A program made the translations under genes and the position numbers. A stretch of DNA of 64,000 nucleotides from an uncultured Chloroflexia bacterium (GTDB taxonomy: Bacteria; Chloroflexota; Limnocylindria; Limnocylindrales; CSP1-4). Where the stretch lies: positions 64,001 to 128,000 of the forward strand of contig CAVVJT010000003.1 of assembly GCA_963748625.1 (NCBI GenBank), given 5' to 3'. The notes beneath the pieces were generated by a model. That model ran no database searches. It was not told the DNA's origin and worked only from the letters and a program-made list of their open reading frames with translations. Below, piece after piece: positions 43,481 through 52,028 of the stretch (positions are counted from its first letter, which is position 1; the number at the start of each line of letters is the position of its first letter).

Positions 43481-43519
43481 GCTCCGGCCCGTGCAGCGGG
43501 CCCCGGCGCCAGAGTGACC

Positions 43520-43547
43520 ACTTCCGATAAGGTGAGTTATGTCGTCT
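43520..43547 (+). other. dif-like XerC/XerD recombination site
   Basis: ACTTCCGATAA-GGTGAG-TTATGTCGTCT: 11-6-11 layout with ATAA-N6-TTATGT core; outer right arm degenerate. Confidence 0.7.
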
Positions 43548-43575
43548 TTTGCAGTGTGAGGAACTCCCACAGGCG

Positions 43576-43959
43576 TCAGTTGAATGCGTCCAAGAAGATG
43601 CGGTACGTTCCATCCCCCTCCTTGCGCCAGACATACATGCAATCGCAGAAGTAGCTCCCCTCCTCGCCGTTTCGTTCCCATCTGGCAAAGGACGTTGCCA
43701 CCTGGTAGATGAGATCTCCGCTGATTCCGACATCCAGAACGACAGCGTTCGCTTCGACCACGCCGGTCATCGCAAAGCAGAATTGATCGATGGCCTCGCG
43801 CCCTTGGATCTTTCGCTTGTCAAAGCCAATGATCGTTGCCTCATCTGAATAGAACGCCGCATATCCCTGAAGATCGCCGCGCATCAGGCAGGCATCCATC
43901 TCCTGGTTCAGTCGTTCGATCAGCTCCCGGACCTCGGTCATCGGCGTTGGTTCGCTCAT
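43576..43959 (-). CDS. SnoaL-like / DUF4440 (NTF2-like) protein, visibly AT-richer than flanks
   Basis: GDLQGYAAFYSDEAT...IQGREAI...YVWRK..DGTYRI; AGGAGA RBS. Confidence 0.8.
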   Translation of the reverse strand: MSEPTPMTEVRELIERLNQEMDACLMRGDLQGYAAFYSDEATIIGFDKRKIQGREAIDQFCFAMTGVVEANAVVLDVGISGDLIYQVATSFARWERNGEEGSYFCDCMYVWRKEGDGTYRIFLDAFN

Positions 43960-44083
43960 TCGTTCTCCTGGGTGGGCCGTGTCAACTGATCCTGTGAAGG
44001 AAGCAGGGATCCCGTGTGGCACGCAAGGTAGCGCGCACGGGGCCATCCGAGAGACCGCCGAGCCTGCCTGACTCGGTCGAGGG

Positions 44084-44533
44084 TCAGCCGTAGGCGATGA
44101 GGGTCGGGACTCCGGTGGCCTGGTTCACCTCCACCCAGTAGTGCGCCGGGTAGGGCTCGCCCTTCGCGGCCTCCGTCGTGTCAATCTGGACCTCCCAGAC
44201 AGGCTCCCCGGCATTCGGGCTCATTGGCCCTCCCGTGGCGGCCTTCACGCGCGAGGTGAGATCGGTGATCGTGATGGTCATCCCGTTCTCGTCAGGAGCC
44301 GCGGCGCAGGACCGGAGCATGTCCACCGCCGTCTGCTCGGCCGCCGTAGCCGTCGCAGGACCGGCCGTGTAGGCGAACGTGATCGGCACCGGGCTGTAGC
44401 CGTAGGGCTGGCAGGAGACCTGCGCCGGCACGGAGCTCACCTGGGGCACCGAGCTCGCCACAGGCGCGGAGCCCAGCGGGCTCGCGCAGCCCGCGAGAAG
44501 CACCAGGGGCAGTAGAAGGAGGCATCGGTCCAT
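44084..44533 (-). CDS. Putative lipoprotein (possible PepSY-like C-terminus)
   Basis: Signal peptide with lipobox LAGC; VWEV...VEVNQATG. Confidence 0.7.
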   Translation of the reverse strand: MDRCLLLLPLVLLAGCASPLGSAPVASSVPQVSSVPAQVSCQPYGYSPVPITFAYTAGPATATAAEQTAVDMLRSCAAAPDENGMTITITDLTSRVKAATGGPMSPNAGEPVWEVQIDTTEAAKGEPYPAHYWVEVNQATGVPTLIAYG

Positions 44534-44682
44534 AACCGACCTCAGAGACGTTGTGATGAAAGCCCGAGTCTCACACGACTACCGAGTCCGTTCACAGGCT
44601 CGCAGACATTCGTCATTGGTCAAGGAGGAATGCACCGAGCGCTCCAGAACACCTGCTGGACACGGTCGCGTACGATGCCGCG

Positions 44683-45453
44683 ATGACCGGCGAGCGCAAT
44701 GCCATTGCCCATCCCCTCGTGGTCGACTTCGGCGGCCAGCCCATAGGACCGCTGCGGTTCCTGCTCCAGGATGCGTATGCGCCGACCGGGATCGTCGAGT
44801 ATCCAAGCGAGGGCATGGCCTGCCGGCACACACCCTGGCTCACCGAGGTCGTCCTGGACCTGACGGGCACGACCGCCACGGCCGTCCTGTACCTGCTGCC
44901 CAAGGACGAGAGGACCGTGCTCCTTGCCGCCTGTCTCGACCAGGTCTTCGAGCCGTTCTTCAAGCTGATGGCCGGTGGCGACTATGGGGACGCCGTGACC
45001 AGGCTGGTGGCCACGCACTGGCCCGAGGTGCACGCGATGCTGGCCCGGAGCAACAGCTCGTCCGCGTCAGGGCGCGTCCTCGCCGTCGTGACCACGTCCG
45101 GGCGAAACCAGTGGGTCGTCGCCGACCACGTGCCTTCCAGCCCGGACCACGAGATCCCGAGCCGGCAGATGCACGACCTCATCGGCGCTGCGCTCACCGT
45201 GTACTCCCGGATCGCCAACGCCGGCGTCGAGCTTCCGGGCCTCATCAACGTCCTGGGCGGGCCGGATCGCACGTCCCGGCGGCTCACGAGCCTGGCCGGC
45301 CTGCTGGGTGCTGTCGGGGACTTCGGCACGGCGTTCGGCGGTGGGATCAAGGCCGATGAGCTGTATGGCATGGCCATGGCTGCCCGGGAGGCCGTCACGA
45401 ACGCGGTCGACCTCGCGGACCGGGGAACGACGGGCCGACGCGATGGGAGCTGA
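44683..45453 (+). CDS. Hypothetical protein (true start may be 44630 via a frameshift)
   Basis: 256-aa ORF with host-like codon usage; AGGAGG RBS precedes an out-of-frame ATG at 44630. Confidence 0.65.
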   Translation: MTGERNAIAHPLVVDFGGQPIGPLRFLLQDAYAPTGIVEYPSEGMACRHTPWLTEVVLDLTGTTATAVLYLLPKDERTVLLAACLDQVFEPFFKLMAGGDYGDAVTRLVATHWPEVHAMLARSNSSSASGRVLAVVTTSGRNQWVVADHVPSSPDHEIPSRQMHDLIGAALTVYSRIANAGVELPGLINVLGGPDRTSRRLTSLAGLLGAVGDFGTAFGGGIKADELYGMAMAAREAVTNAVDLADRGTTGRRDGS

Positions 45454-46075
45454 CCTCGAGCTCGCGCGAATCCCGCTGGTGCTGGATCCGCAGGAGGTCC
45501 CCTTCGTCCTCGGCTTCAGGCAGGACGCACGACGATGCCTCGTCGCCGGCGGCGCGGAGTACCGGCGGGCCTCGGACAGGGTCGCGATCGACTGGCGGCT
45601 GGGCGACCTCCGGCTCCGGGCACTCCTCCTCAATGGCGACGGGGTCAGCTACCTGGTCGCGTGCCCCGGGCCGCTGCTCGAGGACTGGTGGCCGCTCCTG
45701 CGGAAGGAGGGCGGAAACCCGGCGCGTCCCCTGCTCTCCGCGGCGGTGGTGGGGGCGGCGCAGCGGTTCGAGACGAGCGACCTGACCGTGGATGTCTCGA
45801 CCGTGCCTGCCAGCGACACCTTCAACATGACGCTCGCCGTCGCGGGCATCGCCCGTGAGCCGGCGATCAGCGAGGAGTCCCTGCTCCTCGCCCACCTGCT
45901 GTCGCTCGGCGTCATCAAGGCCGCCCTGCACCTGCTCATGGAGTACCGGCTGCTCGTCGATCCTGTGCCGGACATGCAGGTCGAAATCGGCGGCATCCAG
46001 CGTCCGTTGCAGGTGGTGCTGGACACCGCCGCCACGTGCGCCGGGGCCATCACGTGGAGGCCTGTCCCCGCCTGA
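45443..46075 (+). CDS. Hypothetical protein
   Basis: ORF overlapping the upstream stop, host-like codon usage, no recognised motif. Confidence 0.6.
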   Translation: MGADLELARIPLVLDPQEVPFVLGFRQDARRCLVAGGAEYRRASDRVAIDWRLGDLRLRALLLNGDGVSYLVACPGPLLEDWWPLLRKEGGNPARPLLSAAVVGAAQRFETSDLTVDVSTVPASDTFNMTLAVAGIAREPAISEESLLLAHLLSLGVIKAALHLLMEYRLLVDPVPDMQVEIGGIQRPLQVVLDTAATCAGAITWRPVPA

Positions 46076-46105
46076 CACCGCGGAGCGGGATGCACCCGCC
46101 TCCCG

Positions 46106-47353
46106 TCAGAGCAGCCAGAGCTCCGTCTGGCGTCCGTCGAGGAATGCGCAACCTGCGTCGTCGAACCAGGCGTCCTCCTCGAGCATGAACTGGACGACCT
46201 GGCCATCCCACTCCTCGACGGCCACCCGGGCCTGCAGCTCGATCGAGTACACCGTGGACGGCCACACCGGGTAGTCGCCCTGGCCCTCGACCCCCTCCTG
46301 GTTGTCCCACAGACCGATGGTCGGGCCGGCGGCGTGGCCGTGGAGGCCGATCGGGTGGGTGTAGACAAGCCCGTCGAGCACCTCGCCTGCGGCGGCCCTG
46401 CGCGTGCCCCGGAGGATCTCGTTGCCGCTCCGTCCCGCGGCGAACTGCGCCAGCAGCAGGTCCTGGAGCCGGTTGGCGCGGGCCATGCCGGCCACCAGGC
46501 CATCGGGCGCCCGCGTCTCGCCGGGTGCCAGGACATAGGCGTGCTGCTGCTGGTCGGTGCAATAGCCAGCCGCCACGATGCCGAAGTCGACATGGACGAG
46601 GTCGCCGGCCCCGATGACTGTCTCGGCCTCCTTGCCGGCGAACGAATCGCGAGCCGAGCCTCCCCGTCGCTGCAGGGTGCACGTGGGCTGGAACCACGAG
46701 CCGTGGCCATCGCCGTGGACGGCATTGCGCAGCCACCACTCGACGTCGGCGGTGGTGGTGGTCCCGGGTGTGATCACCTCCGGGGAGAGCGCCCGCCGGA
46801 GATAGCGGTGGGACTGCCGGCAGGCGTCGGCGAGCAGGGCCCGTTCCTCGGGCAGCCGGGTCTCGAGCCAGCCGATGGCGGCAGTCTCCGCGCTCACGAC
46901 CCGGGTGGCCAGCGGCGGCGGGAGGTGGCCGAGGAACTCCTCCCGCTCGGAGGCTGACAGGCCGTCCGCCAGCGGGAACACCGCGGACGCGTTGACCCCG
47001 ATGCGCGCGGGGTCCGCACCGGCGAGGATCTCGGCGACGCGGGCCCACTGGTCCGGCTGCACCTCGGGATCCCACGCCGAGGGGAACGCCTCGCCGACCG
47101 GGTAGCGTGCGACGGCCAGGCGCTGCACGCCATCGGGTGAGCGGAGGAAGACCAGGATCGTCCGCCTTCGGGCCGTGTCCAGCCACGTGGCCGGGAGCAT
47201 GGTCTGGAGCACCGGGTCCTCGTTGTACTCCCGGGCCGCGAGCACCCAGGCGTCGAGGTCCGCGCGGTCCATGAGCGCGGGCATCAGTGTGTCGAGGCGC
47301 ACCGCCAGCAGGCGGTCGTGGGCGTCCGCCCGGGTCCGGAGATCAGAGGTCAT
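46106..47353 (-). CDS. M24 family (Xaa-Pro) aminopeptidase
   Basis: REYNEDPV, GDLVHVDFG..YCTDQQ, YTHPIGLHGHAAGP, YSIE, LEED. Confidence 0.88.
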   Translation of the reverse strand: MTSDLRTRADAHDRLLAVRLDTLMPALMDRADLDAWVLAAREYNEDPVLQTMLPATWLDTARRRTILVFLRSPDGVQRLAVARYPVGEAFPSAWDPEVQPDQWARVAEILAGADPARIGVNASAVFPLADGLSASEREEFLGHLPPPLATRVVSAETAAIGWLETRLPEERALLADACRQSHRYLRRALSPEVITPGTTTTADVEWWLRNAVHGDGHGSWFQPTCTLQRRGGSARDSFAGKEAETVIGAGDLVHVDFGIVAAGYCTDQQQHAYVLAPGETRAPDGLVAGMARANRLQDLLLAQFAAGRSGNEILRGTRRAAAGEVLDGLVYTHPIGLHGHAAGPTIGLWDNQEGVEGQGDYPVWPSTVYSIELQARVAVEEWDGQVVQFMLEEDAWFDDAGCAFLDGRQTELWLL

Positions 47354-47453
47354 GCCTCCATGCTGCCAGACTGCGCGACCAGTCGGCATCCGCAGACCGT
47401 GCGGTGACGTCCGGCTCTGGCGTCAGGCACGCGATCCCACCAGCCTGCGGGAC

Positions 47454-48098
47454 ATGGACGCCCCCGCTCCCCCACCCTCCGCTGCCCCGCCCTACGGCCC
47501 GCGCATGACTCAACTCATGCCGGCGCTGCGCCGGGCGTTCCTGGTGGTGAACCGGACGGTGGCTGCGCCGGCCCTCCGCGCCGGCCTGGGGCCGCTGCTG
47601 GTGACGCCGGCCAGCGGCTCGATCCTGCTCCTTCGCACCCGCGGCCGCAGGAGCGGGCTCGTGCGCGAGGCACCCTTGGGCTATGTGGTCCACAACGGAT
47701 CGATCTATGTCTGCGCCGGGTTCGGGCGAGCGACCGCCTGGCTGGCGAACCTGCTCGCCGACCCCGCGGTGGAGGTGATCCTGCCGGGCGCGCGCATCCG
47801 GGCGACCGCGCGCGAGGTGACCGATCGGGCCGAGTACGACGTCGCGCTCCGGGAGCTGATCCGTGCCCTGGGCGTCGTCGGTGCGGCCACCGTCCCGGCC
47901 GCCCTGGATCCCGATGCCGCCATCCCCGACGCCTGGTTCGCCACCCTGCCGCTGGTGCGGCTGGAGCCGGCCGCGATGCTGGCCGGTCCGTGGGATCCCG
48001 GCGGTCGCGGCTGGATCGGCATCGCCCTGGTCGACGCGGCCCTCCTGGCGTTGATCCTCGCCTGTCTGCGTCGACAACCCCGTCGCAAGTCGCGGTGA
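47454..48098 (+). CDS. Deazaflavin (F420)-dependent nitroreductase (Ddn-like) family protein
   Basis: LLLRTRGRRSGLVRE.PL.Y, AWLANLLADP.VEV. Confidence 0.8.
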   Translation: MDAPAPPPSAAPPYGPRMTQLMPALRRAFLVVNRTVAAPALRAGLGPLLVTPASGSILLLRTRGRRSGLVREAPLGYVVHNGSIYVCAGFGRATAWLANLLADPAVEVILPGARIRATAREVTDRAEYDVALRELIRALGVVGAATVPAALDPDAAIPDAWFATLPLVRLEPAAMLAGPWDPGGRGWIGIALVDAALLALILACLRRQPRRKSR

Positions 48099-48155
48099 AG
48101 TCGCGCTCGTCATCATGCGCACGTCGCACTCGTGCACATGGTGGTGTACATGCCT

Positions 48156-48179
48156 TTGACTGACCATTATTCTGACCAT
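48156..48179 (+). promoter_or_regulatory. vapBC promoter/operator with CTGACCAT direct repeats
   Basis: CTGACCAT at 48160-48167 and 48172-48179 flanking/overlapping TATTCT (-10), 6 nt before ATG. Confidence 0.6.
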
Positions 48180-48449
48180 ATGACGAAGATCGTGACGGCA
48201 ACCGAGGCGAAGACGCACATCCTCGCGCTGCTTGACGAGGTGGAGGCGGGCGAGGAGGTCGAGATCACGCGCCATGGACGGCTGGTCGCCCGCCTGGTGC
48301 CGGCGCGCGGTGGCGCGGCCCTCATGGGCAAGTACGCGGGTCTCATGTGGACCGATGTGCCGGACGAGGAGTTGTTCACGGCGTCCGGACAGGACGACTG
48401 GTTCAGCGGTTGGGATTGGACGCGGGGCAGCAAGGAGCCCATGCCGTGA
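48180..48449 (+). CDS. Phd/YefM family antitoxin
   Basis: VTATEAKTH..ALLDEVEAGEEVEITRHGR.VARLVP. Confidence 0.92.
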   Translation: MTKIVTATEAKTHILALLDEVEAGEEVEITRHGRLVARLVPARGGAALMGKYAGLMWTDVPDEELFTASGQDDWFSGWDWTRGSKEPMP

Positions 48450-48838
48450 CATCCCTCCTCCTGGACACGCATGCGCTGTACTGGTGGGCGAGCGAGCCGA
48501 ACCGGCTTGGCCCCGACGCCCTCAGGAGCCTGCAGGCCGCGGACGACCCGGCCGTGGCCGCCATCACCTGGTGGGAGCTCGCCTGGCTGATGCGCCGCGG
48601 GCGGGTGAAGACGGCCCGGCCAATCCCGGCGCTGCTCGCAAGCCTGGCGGGTGACGTGCGCACGATCACCTTGACGCCGGCCATCGCGGCGCGTGCTGCG
48701 GAGTTGCCCGACCCGTTCCCGCTCGACCCGATGGACCGCCTCATCTACGCCACAGCCGTCGAGCACGGCCTGCGCCTCGTCACCAAGGACGGGCGCCTGC
48801 ACGCCTTCGACCGCGAGCGCGCCGTCGTGGTCTGGTAG
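48446..48838 (+). CDS. PIN-domain (VapC) toxin
   Basis: LLLDTHALYWW, ITWWE, DPMDRLIYATA, LVTKD; GTGA overlap with the antitoxin. Confidence 0.92.
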   Translation: MTSLLLDTHALYWWASEPNRLGPDALRSLQAADDPAVAAITWWELAWLMRRGRVKTARPIPALLASLAGDVRTITLTPAIAARAAELPDPFPLDPMDRLIYATAVEHGLRLVTKDGRLHAFDRERAVVVW

Positions 48839-48912
48839 GGCGTTCGGCCGCGGTTGCCCTCACGCGAGGACCATCGACGGCCCGGTCCCCTACCCCACCG
48901 TCGGACGCGGAC

Positions 48913-49182
48913 TCAGGCGAGACCCAGCGCGGCCAGGAGCTCCTCGTCGGACGGCTCGCGCAGGATGCTGTCGGGCCGGTCCGGGTCGCCGATCAGGATC
49001 GTCGGCGTGCGCCACCCGCCGTCGTTCAGGCGGCGGATCCACGCATCCGCGGCAGGATCCTCGTCGACCTTCAGGTAGGTGAACGGGACCGCGCGGCGGA
49101 TGAGCAGGCGACGAGAACGGATGGTGTCCTCGCAGGTGTCGCGTCCGAGGATGACGATGTGAGGCGGAGCCGTGTCGATCAT
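48913..49182 (-). CDS. Glutaredoxin/mycoredoxin-like protein (CxxT)
   Basis: GRDTCEDT, VDEDPAA..WI..LN.G...TPTI, EPS. Confidence 0.75.
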   Translation of the reverse strand: MIDTAPPHIVILGRDTCEDTIRSRRLLIRRAVPFTYLKVDEDPAADAWIRRLNDGGWRTPTILIGDPDRPDSILREPSDEELLAALGLA

Positions 49183-49221
49183 CGCGGGAGGATACCCGCC
49201 CACTGGGTGCCCTGACGCGCG

Positions 49222-51906
49222 CTACGGAGTTTCCGGGCTGGCGCTCGCGTCGGGATCCGAAGGTGCCCCCGAGGGGCAGGGTGACGTGGGATCGCCCGGG
49301 ACACAGACCGGGGGCTGCCCCAGCGGGCACTTCTTCGTGGGTGCGAACCTGCCACCCCAGCTGCGGCCGAACGGATACCAGCTGATGCCGTCGCCGGACC
49401 CGTAGAAGTACGCGGTCTTCGTTCCCTGGGAACCACCCACGCCAGGGCCCCTGGCGGCCCGGGCCTGCCAGGCCGCGTTGGCCTTCTGCCAGGTCTTGAA
49501 CCCGCGCTCTGCGGCTCGATAGTCGATGAAGGTCCTCGTGACCATCGGTCCCGAGCACCCCTCGCGCCACAGCAGGCCGCTCGCGGCATCGATCTCGACT
49601 GTGTATCCGAAGCTCGACGACTTCTTCGGCTGCGTGCCCGCCAGGAACAGCTCCTCGACCTTCTTCGTCGTGGACGGCCCCGGCCGCATCCCCGTGAACG
49701 CGTCCACGGTCGCGGTCACGAGCCCCTTCGGACGGACGCGACCGAAGCCCTCGATGGGCATCCCCTTGGAGACGTCGGAGAGGATGGCGCTCCACAACGG
49801 TCCTGACGTGTCCAGCGACAGCAGGCCATCGTTGGGCGAGTTGTCCGAGTTGCCGAGCCAGACGCCCGCGACGAGCCCCGGCAGCGTCTTGTCGGAAGGC
49901 GGCGCGAGGTAGCCGTAGGCGTGGACGTCGCGGTTGTCGCTCGTGGTCCCCGTCTTGTAGGCCGCCGGCCGGACCTTGTTGCTCGTGACGCCGTTGGTGA
50001 TCCGCCACCTCGCCCAGAACGGGTTGACCCGGGTCTGGGTGTTGCCCGCCAGGATGTCGGTGATGATGTACGCGGCCCCACGGGACGTGACGCGTTCGCC
50101 CGTCGGCCGCCAGTCCTGCGGCGGCCAGACCTGCGCCCCCGTGCCGTCGAGAACGCGCAGGATCACGCGCCTGGGCATCAGCACGCCCCCGTTTGCGATC
50201 ACACCGTAGGCGCCGATCAGGTCGATGGGGTGGATCTCGAGGGTGCCGATGCTCTCCGATGCGACGGGCAGAGCGGTGCTCGGATAGCGCAGCCCGAACT
50301 CCTTGGACCGCTTGAACTGGTGCTCCAGGCCGTTGATGAAGCCCGCCTTGATGGCCGGGATGTTGAGCGAGAACTGGAGCGCGCTGCGCAGGCGCACGGG
50401 GCCACGCTCGAGATGGTCGGCCTGCGTGGGCGAGTACCTGCCGCCGAAGTTGGTGACGACGTCCATGAACATCGTGGCGGCCGTCATCGTCCTGTCGTCG
50501 ATCCCGATCGCGTAGACGATTGGCTTGATGGCGGACCCCGGCTGACGCCAGCCATCGCCGAGCACGTCGAACTGCGGCTGCAGTCTGCGGCTCTTCCTCG
50601 CCGTGTACGAGGCCGAGCCGGCATAGGCGAGAACCTCCCCCGTCCTGTAGTCCATGATCCCGGCGGCCGCGTTGTGGATGTTGTGGCCGCGAAGGCCTTT
50701 GATCCACGACCACTCGCTGCGCGGGATGCCACGGGCCTTGAGCACGGCGGCGGGGTTCTTCAGGTTGGGAATGATCGCCGCCGCGTGGACCCACTTCTCG
50801 GTGATCCGCTGCATCCGGTAGTCAAGGGTCGAGATGACGGTGTAGCCACCGGTGTCCACGAGATCGCACTCGTTGCTCCCGCACAGCAACTGTCCGAGCG
50901 TGTCGTGGACCTGCCAGGAGAAGTGCGGCGCCTTCCACTGGGCCGTGACCTGCGGAGCGAGGACGACCGGCTCGATCTTGGCCGCCTCGTAGTCGGCCGC
51001 CGTGTAGTCACCCTTGGTGAGACGCGCCTCCGCCTTCATCGCATCGAGGACCAGGTTGCGACGTCGCACCACGGCGGACGTCTGCGGGACCACGAGCCGC
51101 ACCTCCTCCTTGCCGTCGGCATCGGTGAACGGCTCCTCGACGGCGTTGCGAACGAGGTCGAGTGGCGTCGGCGACTTCGGGATGCCGGCAAGCAGCGCGT
51201 ACTGGGCGAGGGTGAGGTCCTTGAGGTCCTTGTGCCAGTACGACCGGGCGGCAGCCGCCGCGCCGTACGAGCGGTTCCCGTAGTTGTTGTTGTTGAGGTA
51301 GACCTCCATGATCGCGCGCTTGCCCTCGATGCCCGGGTAGGCATCGGTCAGCCGGATCGCCTGGATGATCTCGCGGACCTTCCGCTCGTAGGGGTCCGCG
51401 TCGCTCCCGACATACTCCTCGGGCAGGAGCCGGTCGCGCACCAGCTGCTGGGTGATCGTGGAGCCGCCTCGGGGCCTGCCCTCGAGCGTGTCGAACACCG
51501 CGGACATGAAGCCGATCGGGTCGAAGCCGGCGTTGTCCCAGAAGTCCTTGTCCTCGATGGAGGTGGTGGCATCGATCAGCGCCGGGGGGAAGTCCTCGTA
51601 CTTGACGAGGTCGCGGCGATCGGTGCCGTACGTGGCCAGGAGCACCTTGCCCGACCGGTCCCAGACCTTGGTCTGCCGGGTGAACACGATGGCCTCGAAC
51701 GCCTGGCTCGGATCCGGGAGGTCCTTCGCGTAGTACGCATAGCCGGCGACTGCGAGGGTCGCTCCCGCGAGGCCGACCCCCAGCAGGGACAGGAACATCA
51801 CCAGCGGGACGGCGAGTGCCACCGCCCTGACCGCCATCGATCCGCGACGCGCCCTGCGGGCGGCAGACTGACGATGACGGAGATGCCGAGCGTGGCTCGC
51901 GTGCAT
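49222..51906 (-). CDS. Class A penicillin-binding protein, paralog 2
   Basis: TM, EDKDF, GGSTITQQL, SAIK, SLN, KTG; colinear with 4665-7406. Confidence 0.93.
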   Translation of the reverse strand: MHASHARHLRHRQSAARRARRGSMAVRAVALAVPLVMFLSLLGVGLAGATLAVAGYAYYAKDLPDPSQAFEAIVFTRQTKVWDRSGKVLLATYGTDRRDLVKYEDFPPALIDATTSIEDKDFWDNAGFDPIGFMSAVFDTLEGRPRGGSTITQQLVRDRLLPEEYVGSDADPYERKVREIIQAIRLTDAYPGIEGKRAIMEVYLNNNNYGNRSYGAAAAARSYWHKDLKDLTLAQYALLAGIPKSPTPLDLVRNAVEEPFTDADGKEEVRLVVPQTSAVVRRRNLVLDAMKAEARLTKGDYTAADYEAAKIEPVVLAPQVTAQWKAPHFSWQVHDTLGQLLCGSNECDLVDTGGYTVISTLDYRMQRITEKWVHAAAIIPNLKNPAAVLKARGIPRSEWSWIKGLRGHNIHNAAAGIMDYRTGEVLAYAGSASYTARKSRRLQPQFDVLGDGWRQPGSAIKPIVYAIGIDDRTMTAATMFMDVVTNFGGRYSPTQADHLERGPVRLRSALQFSLNIPAIKAGFINGLEHQFKRSKEFGLRYPSTALPVASESIGTLEIHPIDLIGAYGVIANGGVLMPRRVILRVLDGTGAQVWPPQDWRPTGERVTSRGAAYIITDILAGNTQTRVNPFWARWRITNGVTSNKVRPAAYKTGTTSDNRDVHAYGYLAPPSDKTLPGLVAGVWLGNSDNSPNDGLLSLDTSGPLWSAILSDVSKGMPIEGFGRVRPKGLVTATVDAFTGMRPGPSTTKKVEELFLAGTQPKKSSSFGYTVEIDAASGLLWREGCSGPMVTRTFIDYRAAERGFKTWQKANAAWQARAARGPGVGGSQGTKTAYFYGSGDGISWYPFGRSWGGRFAPTKKCPLGQPPVCVPGDPTSPCPSGAPSDPDASASPETP

Positions 51907-52028
51907 GGAGTGGACCCCGGTGGTGCCGGGCGTGGGAACCCGATGACCAGGACGGCCTGAACTAGGACGAACGTGCCCGGCATCCTGTTACAGGGCGGAT
52001 GGGATCCACCACAAGCGTGTGAGGATGC

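Noticed and set aside
43537-43987. Integron cassette (attC) around the SnoaL-like gene
   Set aside because: Flanks do not fit GTTRRRY/RYYYAAC with complementary arms and no integron integrase is present; the dif reading fits better
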